From a virus (taxonomy: Duplodnaviria; Caudoviricetes), in the IMG/VR virus record IMGVR_UViG_3300014205_000172, positions 1-64,000 of that record: a stretch of 64,000 nt of DNA; one strand, written 5' to 3'. The position numbers and the translations under genes were made by a program. This document shows, piece after piece, positions 18,678 to 28,116 of this stretch. Position 1 is the stretch's first letter, and each line of letters starts with the position of its first letter. The notes beneath the pieces are model-generated. The model saw only the letters and a program-made list of their open reading frames with translations, was not told the DNA's origin and ran no database searches.

Positions 18678-20018
18678 TTAGATCTGGAACCAGACGTCAC
18701 CAACTACCCCAACTGATGCTGTTGGTAGCGCTGTCGAAACGAACAAGTCACGATCGCCCATGTTGCCAATGCGCTTGAACGCCAGTGGTGTAGTCCCTAC
18801 GACGATAGTACCCTTGGTCGTCAAGTTCCATTTGGTACTGCCGTATTTGGTACCGCCTGGTCTTACTTTAACGAGCAAGCCGTCGAGGATTGGATAATCG
18901 ACACGTTTCCAGGCACCGGAGTCAACGATGTACAGACCGTTTTCGATAGCGTTGACTTGACCTGCCGCCAACACTGTAGTGCGTGCAGCAAGCACCTTGT
19001 TATCGATGGTCTGCAAGTCAGCCAGCGTGATTTGTGTATCGGCGACCGAGTCAACCACGTATTGGTTCAGTACTAAGTTAACCGTATTGCTAACCACCGC
19101 CGCAAGATCACGATTGAGGTTAGCGAACATCTGGTCAATTTCAAGGGTGGTATAGGTGTTATCGTTGAAGTACGTCTTGGTGACATAATCGTCCAATGCA
19201 TTCTTCAACAGGTACCGCTGATCGCCCGCTACTTTAGTAACGTAATCATCAAGAACAGTGGAGTTACCGTCCTGGAGGTCCTTTATCAACGCTCGAAGAG
19301 TTGTATCGAGGTCGATCAGCTTACCATCAGTTTGACCACGGGTGTAGTAGTTAGCAAACTGTTGCTGGATCAGGATGTTGTAAGCAGCGATCAGCTCCGG
19401 CGTCATGTCACCTGGAAGGTGAGGAGGATTATCCAACCAATCCTGGGTGCGTTCACGGATAGCTGCAGCGATGTCGTAATTGGAAGCGATCAGCTCTTTA
19501 GCGCCAGTGACGTCGTTGACATCATGATCATGCGGCAGCGCTGGAAAGCGGTCAGGCTTCTCGGCCACTTCCTCAAACGACAGGGTGCGCGGGTCAGCTG
19601 CACGGTTAGACAGGATCTCAAGAATCTTGTTCTCGTTAAGGGTCCACGTCCCGCCGAGAGTTTGGTATTTCTCAAACTCTACCTGACCGCTCAGTGTTGG
19701 ATCAAAGAACATGATGCTGGCGTAAATACCGCCCTGCCGGCCTTCTGTTTCTTTACTAGCGTCAATGAACTTATGACCCACGGCATAGTGGATGCCGCGA
19801 TACAACAACTGACCAGACGCAATGTGTCGAAGCACAACGCTGTCACGATAGAAAGGTGCGGCGAACGGGATGATGAAGTGAAAGCTAATTTCCCCGTTGT
19901 TTTCCTCTGGAGTCGGCGGCGGATTCAGCGTTTGGCGCTCGTTCACGACCAGGTTCGTAACAGCCGACCCGGTGATGTCTAACGGGTACAAGTAGTTGGT
20001 GACATTTTCGCCAGCCAT
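18678..20018 (-). CDS. Tail fibre protein
   Basis: gp145/146-like N-terminus, Y(V)TK repeats, ITL..LQTID...NGLYIV.SGAWKR module and C-terminal PTAS.G..GDVWFQI. Confidence 0.75.
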   Translation of the reverse strand: MAGENVTNYLYPLDITGSAVTNLVVNERQTLNPPPTPEENNGEISFHFIIPFAAPFYRDSVVLRHIASGQLLYRGIHYAVGHKFIDASKETEGRQGGIYASIMFFDPTLSGQVEFEKYQTLGGTWTLNENKILEILSNRAADPRTLSFEEVAEKPDRFPALPHDHDVNDVTGAKELIASNYDIAAAIRERTQDWLDNPPHLPGDMTPELIAAYNILIQQQFANYYTRGQTDGKLIDLDTTLRALIKDLQDGNSTVLDDYVTKVAGDQRYLLKNALDDYVTKTYFNDNTYTTLEIDQMFANLNRDLAAVVSNTVNLVLNQYVVDSVADTQITLADLQTIDNKVLAARTTVLAAGQVNAIENGLYIVDSGAWKRVDYPILDGLLVKVRPGGTKYGSTKWNLTTKGTIVVGTTPLAFKRIGNMGDRDLFVSTALPTASVGVVGDVWFQI

Positions 20019-20097
20019 CATTTAATCTCCATTGAAAATATGAGCACTGGCGCCAATTAAACGCCGAGCATATTATTTTTTAACAGGGTAGGTCTCT

Positions 20098-21366
20098 ATG
20101 TACAGCTGCGTAAAAGCATACACCCGTTCTAACGTACCGGGTTCTAAATTCAAAGAAATTGCTGCTGGTTTCGCACTGGCTTCTGTACGGTCCTATCTTG
20201 AACAAGGTGATTGCTATTTAACACTCACCAACAATGCTAGCCAGAATACCTACTTGCTAAACCTTGTAGATGCTTCAGATTTGATCTATACCCAAAGTCC
20301 AGATATCACAATCGCCCAATGGCTCGTGGCAATTGGCGACACCACCTTACCTGTTGTGATCATCGACCCCACCAAGTTCGGTATTAAGAAAAACCTGATC
20401 AAGTACAACGATCTGATCAATGCGGGATATGACCCTCAGCTCGCACACCCGACCATCGGTGCAGGTACTGAACTTCCTTACTCCGAACTGACAGACATCA
20501 CCATCACTAAAGCAGGTGCTGACTATCTGAAGGTAGTGCGCAACTGCCTCTTTACAGTCAACGGGTTGTTACACATTGCAGACCATTCGACCAACGGCAT
20601 CCGTGTGACTGATGCAGGGCGTTCCGTCTACCACTCTAATGCAAATCAGCTTGGCATTATCAGCCTTCAGCAACTGGGGCAGATTACCTGCCTACCTGTC
20701 ACAAAAGAAATGCTCAAACCGCTCACACAAGATGGTAAATTAAAGGATGGGTTCAGCATCTCATTCGGTCAAGACATCGATTTGTCGAACAAAATTGTCA
20801 TGATGTCACTGGGGGGCGTGCTTCATCACTCTAACCAATGCTACCAACTTCAAGGTGATCACTCGATGATCATCGAGTGGTGGAAGGTACCTTTCCGTCG
20901 TCGTTATTTCGACACTAAAAAGTTTATCGACCTTAAGTCATTCGAAGATACCATCACTCGTAACCCTGCCCATCACGATACGCTTGACATCACCAAGGCG
21001 TTGTCCGATGAATCCATCAGTGCGTACATGGAGTTATCGCAGACCTTTGTAATCCTGCTGGATGCGAAGTCGATGTACTACAGTCTTGATGAAGTGGAAC
21101 AGACCGACCTGCCAGGTCGTTACTACACCTATTCGAGACCTTCCGTTCCATTGCTGTTGGATAACGGCTTCCTGGCCGAGTATGTGGCAAAACCAGAAAA
21201 TGGCACATGGGTCTTAGCTATTGATAACGGCTATAACTACAACTATTACGGCCAGACCAAGCCATCGGAGTCGAACGATTACATCCCAGATGCCGAGGTG
21301 TCGAATAAACCATTTCAGTACTGCCGTGGATGGCTGCTTGAAATGGGGAGTGAATACCTAGGCTAA
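20098..21366 (+). CDS. Conserved jumbo-phage virion structural protein
   Basis: 422 aa; NCLFTVNGLLH and LSQTFVIL motifs; divergent from the fibre operon. Confidence 0.6.
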   Translation: MYSCVKAYTRSNVPGSKFKEIAAGFALASVRSYLEQGDCYLTLTNNASQNTYLLNLVDASDLIYTQSPDITIAQWLVAIGDTTLPVVIIDPTKFGIKKNLIKYNDLINAGYDPQLAHPTIGAGTELPYSELTDITITKAGADYLKVVRNCLFTVNGLLHIADHSTNGIRVTDAGRSVYHSNANQLGIISLQQLGQITCLPVTKEMLKPLTQDGKLKDGFSISFGQDIDLSNKIVMMSLGGVLHHSNQCYQLQGDHSMIIEWWKVPFRRRYFDTKKFIDLKSFEDTITRNPAHHDTLDITKALSDESISAYMELSQTFVILLDAKSMYYSLDEVEQTDLPGRYYTYSRPSVPLLLDNGFLAEYVAKPENGTWVLAIDNGYNYNYYGQTKPSESNDYIPDAEVSNKPFQYCRGWLLEMGSEYLG

Positions 21367-21368
21367 CC

Positions 21369-21404
21369 GCATAGCGCCGCAGGCCATTGCCTGCGGCGCT
21401 ATGC
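21369..21404. terminator. Palindromic terminator between convergent genes
   Basis: GCATAGCGCCGCAGGC-catt-GCCTGCGGCGCTATGC, 16-bp stem. Confidence 0.75.
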
Positions 21405-21408
21405 TGCA

Positions 21409-21675
21409 TCAGCTACTGCAATTGAACCATGGTTGTCCATCAGTGGTATCGCCACACGATGCAGCATTACCGGCAATACAGACGGGGAGCCCATTGATTT
21501 TAAAGAAGCTCGATCCTTGCACCATCTTAGCGCCTTGGTGGGAACCACTGCCGTGAGAGGCAACCGTATCGCCCAGCACAGATACAAGCGCACCAATGGC
21601 CTTACAGAAGGTCTGACCTCCACCTTGTTGCAGACCACCGGCTGAGTTAAGTCCAACTAATGCAACGCCTGGCAT
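21409..21675 (-). CDS. PAAR-repeat spike tip protein
   Basis: 88 aa; VSVLGD.V.SHG..SH, GSS.FKING.PV...G..ASCG; directly downstream of the spike gene. Confidence 0.85.
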   Translation of the reverse strand: MPGVALVGLNSAGGLQQGGGQTFCKAIGALVSVLGDTVASHGSGSHQGAKMVQGSSFFKINGLPVCIAGNAASCGDTTDGQPWFNCSS

Positions 21676-21684
21676 GATGCCTCC

Positions 21685-22554
21685 TTACCCTTTATTGATA
21701 TCTACAGTAGGAGATGTGATAGCAACATTCCCCGCTGTGGATTTGTAAGTGCTTCCACCACCGTCGATTAATACGTCCGTACCAGCAGTGAGTTTAAAAC
21801 TCTTACCGATATTAACAGTGCCGTTGTTACCAGTAGTAATTTTCAAATCGCGTGTTACGTTAGCGATCAGATCCTGAGGGGCGAACATCTTGATGTCTTT
21901 CTTATCCAGCTTAACAAAAGTCCCTTTATCGTTCTGAAGGTGAATAAGGGAAAGAGCGCTGACAAGATTGATCAAGTTACCGACGTCATCCGTCAGGTTG
22001 AATTCACCTTTCTTGGTGTCGAAATACATCTCGTACAGGAACGGCTCACCATCGGACTTAGACGTACAGAAGGCTAGCCGTTTACTGTGCGTTGAAAACT
22101 CAATCCAATACATGTTTTCAGGAGCGAGCGAATTAGCATTTTCGTTCTGAGTGTTAGAGATACCGATGATGATAGTCTCAAGCTTGAACAAGCCATGGTC
22201 AAGACCCATGTCTCTCCAATAGTACTTGTCCTCATCGGCCGCCTGAAGGATCTCGACGCGCACACCCCTTCGTACATCAGGAGGGGTCAGTCGGTTACTG
22301 CATGCGCCAGGTAGCCATTGCGCCTTGATCGTGTTAGTGCCGACGATAGCACCTTTAACTGAAACGCCGTCCTGGTCCTTAGTCTCATACTCCATGACGG
22401 TGGCATTTTGAGTCATCTCACCGTCACGCATCCCAATCCATTCAGTTGGGATGATTTCAGCTTCGGTGCAGAAGCTACCATCTGGATTAGTGATGGGCTT
22501 GTTACCATCAATACGACCTTGACCCACTGTGCGGAATACAGATACTTGACTCAT
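21685..22554 (-). CDS. Baseplate central spike (phiKZ gp164 / gp5-like OB-fold plus beta-helix)
   Basis: IKAQWLP...SNRLTPPDVRRGVRV, beta-repeat C-terminus, adjacent PAAR gene; start moved to MSQVSV at 22554. Confidence 0.75.
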   Translation of the reverse strand: MSQVSVFRTVGQGRIDGNKPITNPDGSFCTEAEIIPTEWIGMRDGEMTQNATVMEYETKDQDGVSVKGAIVGTNTIKAQWLPGACSNRLTPPDVRRGVRVEILQAADEDKYYWRDMGLDHGLFKLETIIIGISNTQNENANSLAPENMYWIEFSTHSKRLAFCTSKSDGEPFLYEMYFDTKKGEFNLTDDVGNLINLVSALSLIHLQNDKGTFVKLDKKDIKMFAPQDLIANVTRDLKITTGNNGTVNIGKSFKLTAGTDVLIDGGGSTYKSTAGNVAITSPTVDINKG

Positions 22555-22624
22555 CTCAACACCCTGTAAATAAAAGTTAACGAAACACACTGATAATACA
22601 ATGACAATGTGCCGAGTATAAGCC

Positions 22625-25060
22625 ATGTTCTTCGAAGAAATTACAATGATCCGTTGTAACCGCACAGCGCTCAACGGCAAAAACTCGTTCACCATCCGAC
22701 CTACTCAAAAGGCCCAGATGGTCCTCGGGACTAATGGCAGTGGCAAGACTAGCCTCATAGAGATCGGTTTCTCTCCAGCACCTCCTGAGATCACAGACTT
22801 TGATGATGGTGGTTCTCTCGTCCAAGTAATCTTTCATAAGGGTCATCGTTATCGTCTCGAAAACCACCTCAACGGTAAGTGGACGTATTCATTTTCAATC
22901 GACGGTGGCGAAAACCTGAATAAGGGCCGTAACGTCACTGCTCAACTTGAGTTGATTAAACACCACTTGGGTTGGACAAAAGACCTGCGTGACTTCTTGT
23001 TAGGTAAACTTGAATTCACAAAGATGACCACCAGCCAACGCCGTGATTGGATCGCTAAGTTTTCATCAGTTGACTTTGATTACGCATTCGGTCTATACAA
23101 AGGATTCCAGAAAGAATACGGTGCGTCTAAAACGGTCGAGAAGTATCTGCGCGACCAGATGGGGTTTGCTCGTAAAGAAACCATCCCACTTGAAGATTTG
23201 GAAGCCATGCGTAAGACAGCGCTTGAGCTGCGTGAAACACTCAAGTTGTTGATGAACGAACCCAAACACTTCACCGGCGATGAAGTCAGCACTAAAGAAC
23301 AAATCCAGTGGTTGATCGATGAAGTGAATCGGTCCACGCATGAGTTTGCATATTCCGAGTATCCTGAAACGCTTGATGCCAACAGCGTTGATGAACTACG
23401 GGAGATGTCAGCAGGTCTGTTGGCTAGCGTTAACCAACTTACAGGCGAACTCAAAGTAAACGGCGAGCATCTCGATAAACTCCGTAGTCGGAAGGTGAAA
23501 GCCGATAACCTTCTGTCTGTTCCCGTTGACGAACTTCAGAATGAATTGTCTCAGTTACAAGCCGAGATCGTAGCGCTACCTAAGTCCCTGACCGGCCTAC
23601 ATGACAGTTTACTGATTCCTGCCGATCGACCTATTGCTGAATTGCGGCGAGTGATCAATGAGATCCCAGCGGTTATGGCTTCCCGTAAAGAGGTGGAGGA
23701 GATCAATGAAAAGGTTTACGCTAAGAAAAACCGCGTAGACAAGATCCATGGTTTGCTTGAAGACATTGATCGCCAAATCATGCACATCCATCGCTGTGCT
23801 GAAGTCCAGTGCCCTTCTTGCAATACGTTATTTAAACCCGGTATCGAAGCAGGCAGGCTTGAAGAACTGAATGCCAGATACCAGAATGGTCACAATCTAT
23901 CGGCCATAGAGCTGACTGAACTTAATGAACTTAACGATAAGCAAAACGCTATTCGTGAAAACATTCGACTGTACGACCAACTTGAAGAACTGAAAATTCA
24001 GTACCAGGGTAGTTATCCTGGGCTGTTTACGTATCTGGAACAATCGGGTTGGGCAAAGCTTGGCGCGGGCTTGGCTGAAAAGACATCCGTGTATTACCGT
24101 GATGAGCAATTGGCCCGTAAGCGTGAAAAGCTCAACACGCGTATTAAAGAGATTGAACAAGTCTTTGCAATGCTGCGCGAAGAGGCGCCAGAGCTCGCAG
24201 GTGCGCGCGATGCTTATCTTGAAACAGAAGATGAGTATAACCGCATCTTTAACTCCATCCGTGATCTGAAGCTTCGCAGGATTCGGGTTGAGACAGTCAT
24301 TCGAAACCATACCGAATACAGTGAGCGTCTGGACTACTGCAACGAGACCTATGCAAAGCTACGTCAGTCGTTGATTGATTTCGCTAACCACCGTGCCGAT
24401 ACAATGGTAGAAGGTCTGATCCGTAAGACACTCGAAACGCTGGGCGTTCATGAACAGGCTATCACAGAAAATGAATCCCATGAGACTGTGCTTAAAGATC
24501 TTGAAATCAAGCACAGTAAATCACTGATCCAGCTGGAAGCCGCTAAGTGCCTTGTGGATGCGATGTGTCCAAAGACAGGTCTCATTGCAGAGCAAATCAG
24601 TTTGCAACTCACAGGTATTATCTCGGGCGTCAATGAGATGATTCAGCGAGTATGGGGATATCCTCTTTACATCTCCGCAGGTATGGAGTTTGATGAAGAG
24701 CTTAATTACAAGTTCCCATTGACGGTCGATACGAAACAACGACCCGACATTGCAAATGGTAGCGGCGCAAGTCTCGACATCATCAATGAAGCCTTCAGAC
24801 TGACCAGCTATTACTGCATGGACTTGGTTGACTACCCACTCTACTTGGACGAATTAGGTGCAACGTTCGACGAAGTCCATCGACAGAACCTTATCCCTCT
24901 GATGAAAGATTTGATCGATAACGATCGTTTCTCTCAAGTGTTGATCATCAGTCACAGCCTCGACGGCCAAACGGCGTTCCCTAATTCCGAGACTATCATC
25001 TTGGACGACCGGAACATTAACTATCCGCATCAGTATAACCGACATGTGGAGTTTGCATGA
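22625..25060 (+). CDS. sbcC: SbcC/Rad50-like ATPase
   Basis: Walker A GTNGSGKTS, coiled coil with central CPSC zinc hook, signature GSGA, Walker B LYLDELG, H-loop IISH. Confidence 0.9.
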   Translation: MFFEEITMIRCNRTALNGKNSFTIRPTQKAQMVLGTNGSGKTSLIEIGFSPAPPEITDFDDGGSLVQVIFHKGHRYRLENHLNGKWTYSFSIDGGENLNKGRNVTAQLELIKHHLGWTKDLRDFLLGKLEFTKMTTSQRRDWIAKFSSVDFDYAFGLYKGFQKEYGASKTVEKYLRDQMGFARKETIPLEDLEAMRKTALELRETLKLLMNEPKHFTGDEVSTKEQIQWLIDEVNRSTHEFAYSEYPETLDANSVDELREMSAGLLASVNQLTGELKVNGEHLDKLRSRKVKADNLLSVPVDELQNELSQLQAEIVALPKSLTGLHDSLLIPADRPIAELRRVINEIPAVMASRKEVEEINEKVYAKKNRVDKIHGLLEDIDRQIMHIHRCAEVQCPSCNTLFKPGIEAGRLEELNARYQNGHNLSAIELTELNELNDKQNAIRENIRLYDQLEELKIQYQGSYPGLFTYLEQSGWAKLGAGLAEKTSVYYRDEQLARKREKLNTRIKEIEQVFAMLREEAPELAGARDAYLETEDEYNRIFNSIRDLKLRRIRVETVIRNHTEYSERLDYCNETYAKLRQSLIDFANHRADTMVEGLIRKTLETLGVHEQAITENESHETVLKDLEIKHSKSLIQLEAAKCLVDAMCPKTGLIAEQISLQLTGIISGVNEMIQRVWGYPLYISAGMEFDEELNYKFPLTVDTKQRPDIANGSGASLDIINEAFRLTSYYCMDLVDYPLYLDELGATFDEVHRQNLIPLMKDLIDNDRFSQVLIISHSLDGQTAFPNSETIILDDRNINYPHQYNRHVEFA

Positions 25061-25233
25061 TCACTAATGAAACAGTCATGAATGCCTCTCTTCTGGCGTC
25101 TGGTTTTGGTTATGTTGTGGGTGCGGTAGCAGCGTGCAGCCAGAAGGTAAAATTCCAAGGTCTTATTCTTGGCTTGTGTCTGGCTGGCATGGCTGTAACC
25201 GTTACTATTGGAATCCTTTTCTGGAATACGTGA
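25057..25233 (+). CDS. Small two-TM membrane protein (58 aa, absent from the ORF track)
   Basis: MITNETVMNASLLASGFGYVVGAVAACSQKVKFQGLILGLCLAGMAVTVTIGILFWNT; ATGA overlap with sbcC stop and TGATG overlap with next start. Confidence 0.7.
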   Translation: MITNETVMNASLLASGFGYVVGAVAACSQKVKFQGLILGLCLAGMAVTVTIGILFWNT

Positions 25234-25469
25234 TGAGTAAAGAAGACTATACGTTCCCCGAGGATGAGTTCTTCGGGGTCTGTACGGTGTCATCTTTCAG
25301 GGACGGGAAGATGTACGTCAGCACAGAGAACCAGAAAATTGGTGTTAACATCCCAGCTGATGAAAACTGGGACGATCATTTTAAGAAAGGAGATACTCTC
25401 GAAGTCTATCTCGGGCCAAGTAACATGACCTACTATAGAAAATACGTCCCCACTGAGGGAGACGACTGA
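25233..25469 (+). CDS. Hypothetical protein (78 aa)
   Basis: MSKEDYTF start is coupled to the upstream stop; ends just before a palindrome. Confidence 0.65.
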   Translation: MSKEDYTFPEDEFFGVCTVSSFRDGKMYVSTENQKIGVNIPADENWDDHFKKGDTLEVYLGPSNMTYYRKYVPTEGDD

Positions 25470-25472
25470 CAG

Positions 25473-25520
25473 CATACACCCCGGCCATTGGCCGGGGTGT
25501 ATGTCTGCATCTTTTCTTTT
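25473..25520. terminator. Palindromic terminator between convergent genes
   Basis: CATACACCCCGGCC-att-GGCCGGGGTGTATG then TCTGCATCTTTTCTTT. Confidence 0.75.
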
Positions 25521-26163
25521 ACGTACCTGGTGGTGTGCCACCAAGATCAATGATGACCTGTTGCAGTTGTTCAATCACCGTTACCAGCTCAGCATTGCTC
25601 TGGGTCAGGCTTGCAACTTGATCTTGAAGAACCAACACTTTCGCGTAGTCAGTCGTCCGGTTCTTGATAGCCGCATTACGTGCCGCTAAGTTCTGCACGT
25701 ACTGTTCTTGCGTGATCGCATCTGCGGTAGGTGCGACGCAAAGCGTGATGGTTGGCACTACGCCAATGTCATCAGAGATAGCCTTGCCGTATGCTGCCAT
25801 AGCTCGGGTGAAATCGTAGGTATCGGCAAGCATACCTAAGTCAGCCGCCATGACCACACGCGAATGCGGCACCACGTCCATGTTCGGATACGAGTCGATA
25901 TACGTGTCTGGCACGTACAAAGGTTTCTGCGTATCCGAAAGCAGCGTGATAACCGCAGCGCCAGCTACTTTGTCTGCCTCGTAATCGGTCGTCGATAACC
26001 CAACCGGCGTATACACCAACGCCATTGGATCAAGACCACGACTGATCATTTCCTCAAACGTTCGTTCAGCACCTACACGATAAACGATACTTGCCTGTGC
26101 TGTAAATGGGATACGTAAGGAGAAAAGCCCCTTAGTCCCCAATGGGGGTGTGATACGTGCCAT
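25519..26163 (-). CDS. Conserved hypothetical / virion protein with C-terminal coiled coil
   Basis: 214 aa; PP.G.KG.F.L..PF and YVPDTYIDSYP; RBS GGGGAG. Confidence 0.7.
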   Translation of the reverse strand: MARITPPLGTKGLFSLRIPFTAQASIVYRVGAERTFEEMISRGLDPMALVYTPVGLSTTDYEADKVAGAAVITLLSDTQKPLYVPDTYIDSYPNMDVVPHSRVVMAADLGMLADTYDFTRAMAAYGKAISDDIGVVPTITLCVAPTADAITQEQYVQNLAARNAAIKNRTTDYAKVLVLQDQVASLTQSNAELVTVIEQLQQVIIDLGGTPPGT

Positions 26164-26176
26164 GAGTCACTCCCCT

Positions 26177-27505
26177 TTAAACAACAGTCAATTTATCGAC
26201 GCTGTACTTGGTAACAACCAGGTAAAGGAATTTGTTATAGCTCTTGGCGAGATAGACGATGCCATCACGAACTACCCGGTTGAAACCAGCCGGAACGCCT
26301 GAGTTCAACGTCAGTTCTTCAGCATGCATCAACATCGGATCGAGCACTGTGTTGATGAACACTCGCGTCTTCTCATTCATCATGCCGAAGTCAACATGAG
26401 TAGTTGGGACGTTCATGTAGTCAGGAAAGACCTGACTAAGCACATTAACAGCATCACGGTTCTCAGGACCACCCACCACTGCCAGCATCAAGGAACGAAA
26501 CTGACTGGGCACACTTGAGATCACCGCAGCAATGTGTTCGTTGGTGTACTTGACACCTTTGCATGTTTTGTAACACAGTGCCAACGCAGGGACGTGCTGC
26601 GCAATCCCGGAGAAGGTGCTAATCTGACGATCGCCACCAGGGACTGCCACATTCTGCCACAGCGGCGTCATGATGAACTCAGTGGACGTGAACAGATCTG
26701 GAAAGATCGCTGCCCATTCGTCACGGGTATGGCTAGAATTCAACAGGATGTAATCGCGGATAGCTTCTTTGATCGCATCCAGGTTGTTACCAGCAGCGCC
26801 GTACACCAACGAGATCCAGTTGGTGTCAATCTTCAGTGCTTTGTTGTTGACATCTTGCCAGGTGAACACATCGAGACGCTGATAGGTCTCTGGGTCCACT
26901 CCGCGAACAGTAGCGATGCGCTCGAACACTTCAGACTGGTTAATCGCATCAACCAGAAGCTTTACAGCATCGAAATCGTTGAAGAATTGATCGAGAGGAA
27001 TCAGTGGAACGATTGGCAGGATTTCGAATTCGTCGAACTGGTTAAAGAACGCATCATCTGCAAACCAGATCCGCCAGCTATTAGTTGCTGACTGACCCTT
27101 AGGTGCAATCGTGATGTACTCTGGACACCAGAACGTTTTGAACTGGACCATCTTGCCAGAGTCGATGAAATCGAACGTGTCGCCGAATGCTGTAATGAAG
27201 GCTTGTTGAAACACGTCCTTGACTTCAGTGAACGCATTCAGGCGTGCTTGAAGGTACGTCCAGTTAACGGCTTTCAGCGCACTGTTGGCGACAGCGTCCG
27301 GAACTGGAGTGATGACATCGTTAACTTTGTAACCGAACCCCACCAGGACTTCTTCAGGGTAATCGATCGACACATGCAAGGTGTTTTGTTTGACAAACGT
27401 CAGGGATAGCTTTGAAAGCTCACCAACGGGTGCCACGACGCCTGGCGCGTTATCGGTCAATGCCCCGATATGGGCAAACGCCTTGAATATATTCACAAAT
27501 GACAC
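26177..27505 (-). CDS. Virion structural protein (phiKZ gp157-like)
   Basis: 442 aa; DNAPG.VAPVGELS, IWFAD.AF..QFDEFEI, YG.AGNN.DAIK, W..IFPDLF..TEF motifs; GTG start. Confidence 0.7.
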   Translation of the reverse strand: MSFVNIFKAFAHIGALTDNAPGVVAPVGELSKLSLTFVKQNTLHVSIDYPEEVLVGFGYKVNDVITPVPDAVANSALKAVNWTYLQARLNAFTEVKDVFQQAFITAFGDTFDFIDSGKMVQFKTFWCPEYITIAPKGQSATNSWRIWFADDAFFNQFDEFEILPIVPLIPLDQFFNDFDAVKLLVDAINQSEVFERIATVRGVDPETYQRLDVFTWQDVNNKALKIDTNWISLVYGAAGNNLDAIKEAIRDYILLNSSHTRDEWAAIFPDLFTSTEFIMTPLWQNVAVPGGDRQISTFSGIAQHVPALALCYKTCKGVKYTNEHIAAVISSVPSQFRSLMLAVVGGPENRDAVNVLSQVFPDYMNVPTTHVDFGMMNEKTRVFINTVLDPMLMHAEELTLNSGVPAGFNRVVRDGIVYLAKSYNKFLYLVVTKYSVDKLTVV

Positions 27506-27606
27506 CTCGGGTGTTTTGGCAATAAAGGTATGCGTGCTTAAAGGTGTAAAGACACACCCCGTGTAAGTCTGAAACTATACTATTTCCAAAATAGAAGGGA
27601 TTTGCT

Positions 27607-28098
27607 GTGACGATCCTCTTAATCCTAAAATCTATCTTTCCTTTTCTGCGAGAATGGTTTCTCAAAGAGAAGGCCCTGCAGGAGATCGTTGCACAGAATA
27701 AATTGGCATGTTTTCTACTTTGCTGCATTCTGGTTATGTTTATTGTATTTACCAGAGTCAGTGATTCCGCCAACAAAGTCTTTGACGACCTCAATACTGC
27801 CAACCAACAGCTTGGGTTCAATGCCACAGTCATTGCCGATTTACGCGAGCGTATTGTGACGCTTGAAGCAGAAAAGAAACAATTTGTGGAACACGCCCTA
27901 GGGAAAGGCCCTGCTCCTAAAGATGTCACCCCACCCCCGTCGGAAGCCGTTCCTCAAACATTACAGCTTCAGCCTGATCCTGATAAAAGCAATAAGAAGG
28001 ATACTGTAAAAAGTAAACCTCCAGGCCAAAGAGCACGTAAAGAAGTCGAAGAGAAATCTTTGCGTGAATATGTTGAAGAGCAGCTAAAGACACTTTAA
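27607..28098 (+). CDS. Putative inner-membrane spanin (i-spanin-like)
   Basis: TM segment (LACFLLCCILVMFIVF) followed by a coiled coil and Pro-rich linker; directly upstream of a lipoprotein gene. Confidence 0.5.
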   Translation: MTILLILKSIFPFLREWFLKEKALQEIVAQNKLACFLLCCILVMFIVFTRVSDSANKVFDDLNTANQQLGFNATVIADLRERIVTLEAEKKQFVEHALGKGPAPKDVTPPPSEAVPQTLQLQPDPDKSNKKDTVKSKPPGQRARKEVEEKSLREYVEEQLKTL

Positions 28099-28116
28099 CC
28101 TTTCCCGGATACGGCC

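Noticed and set aside
14467-20021. Diversity-generating retroelement or invertase-driven fibre switching
   Set aside because: No reverse transcriptase or recombinase, no ~100-bp template/variable repeat pair with A-specific mismatches, no inverted cassette
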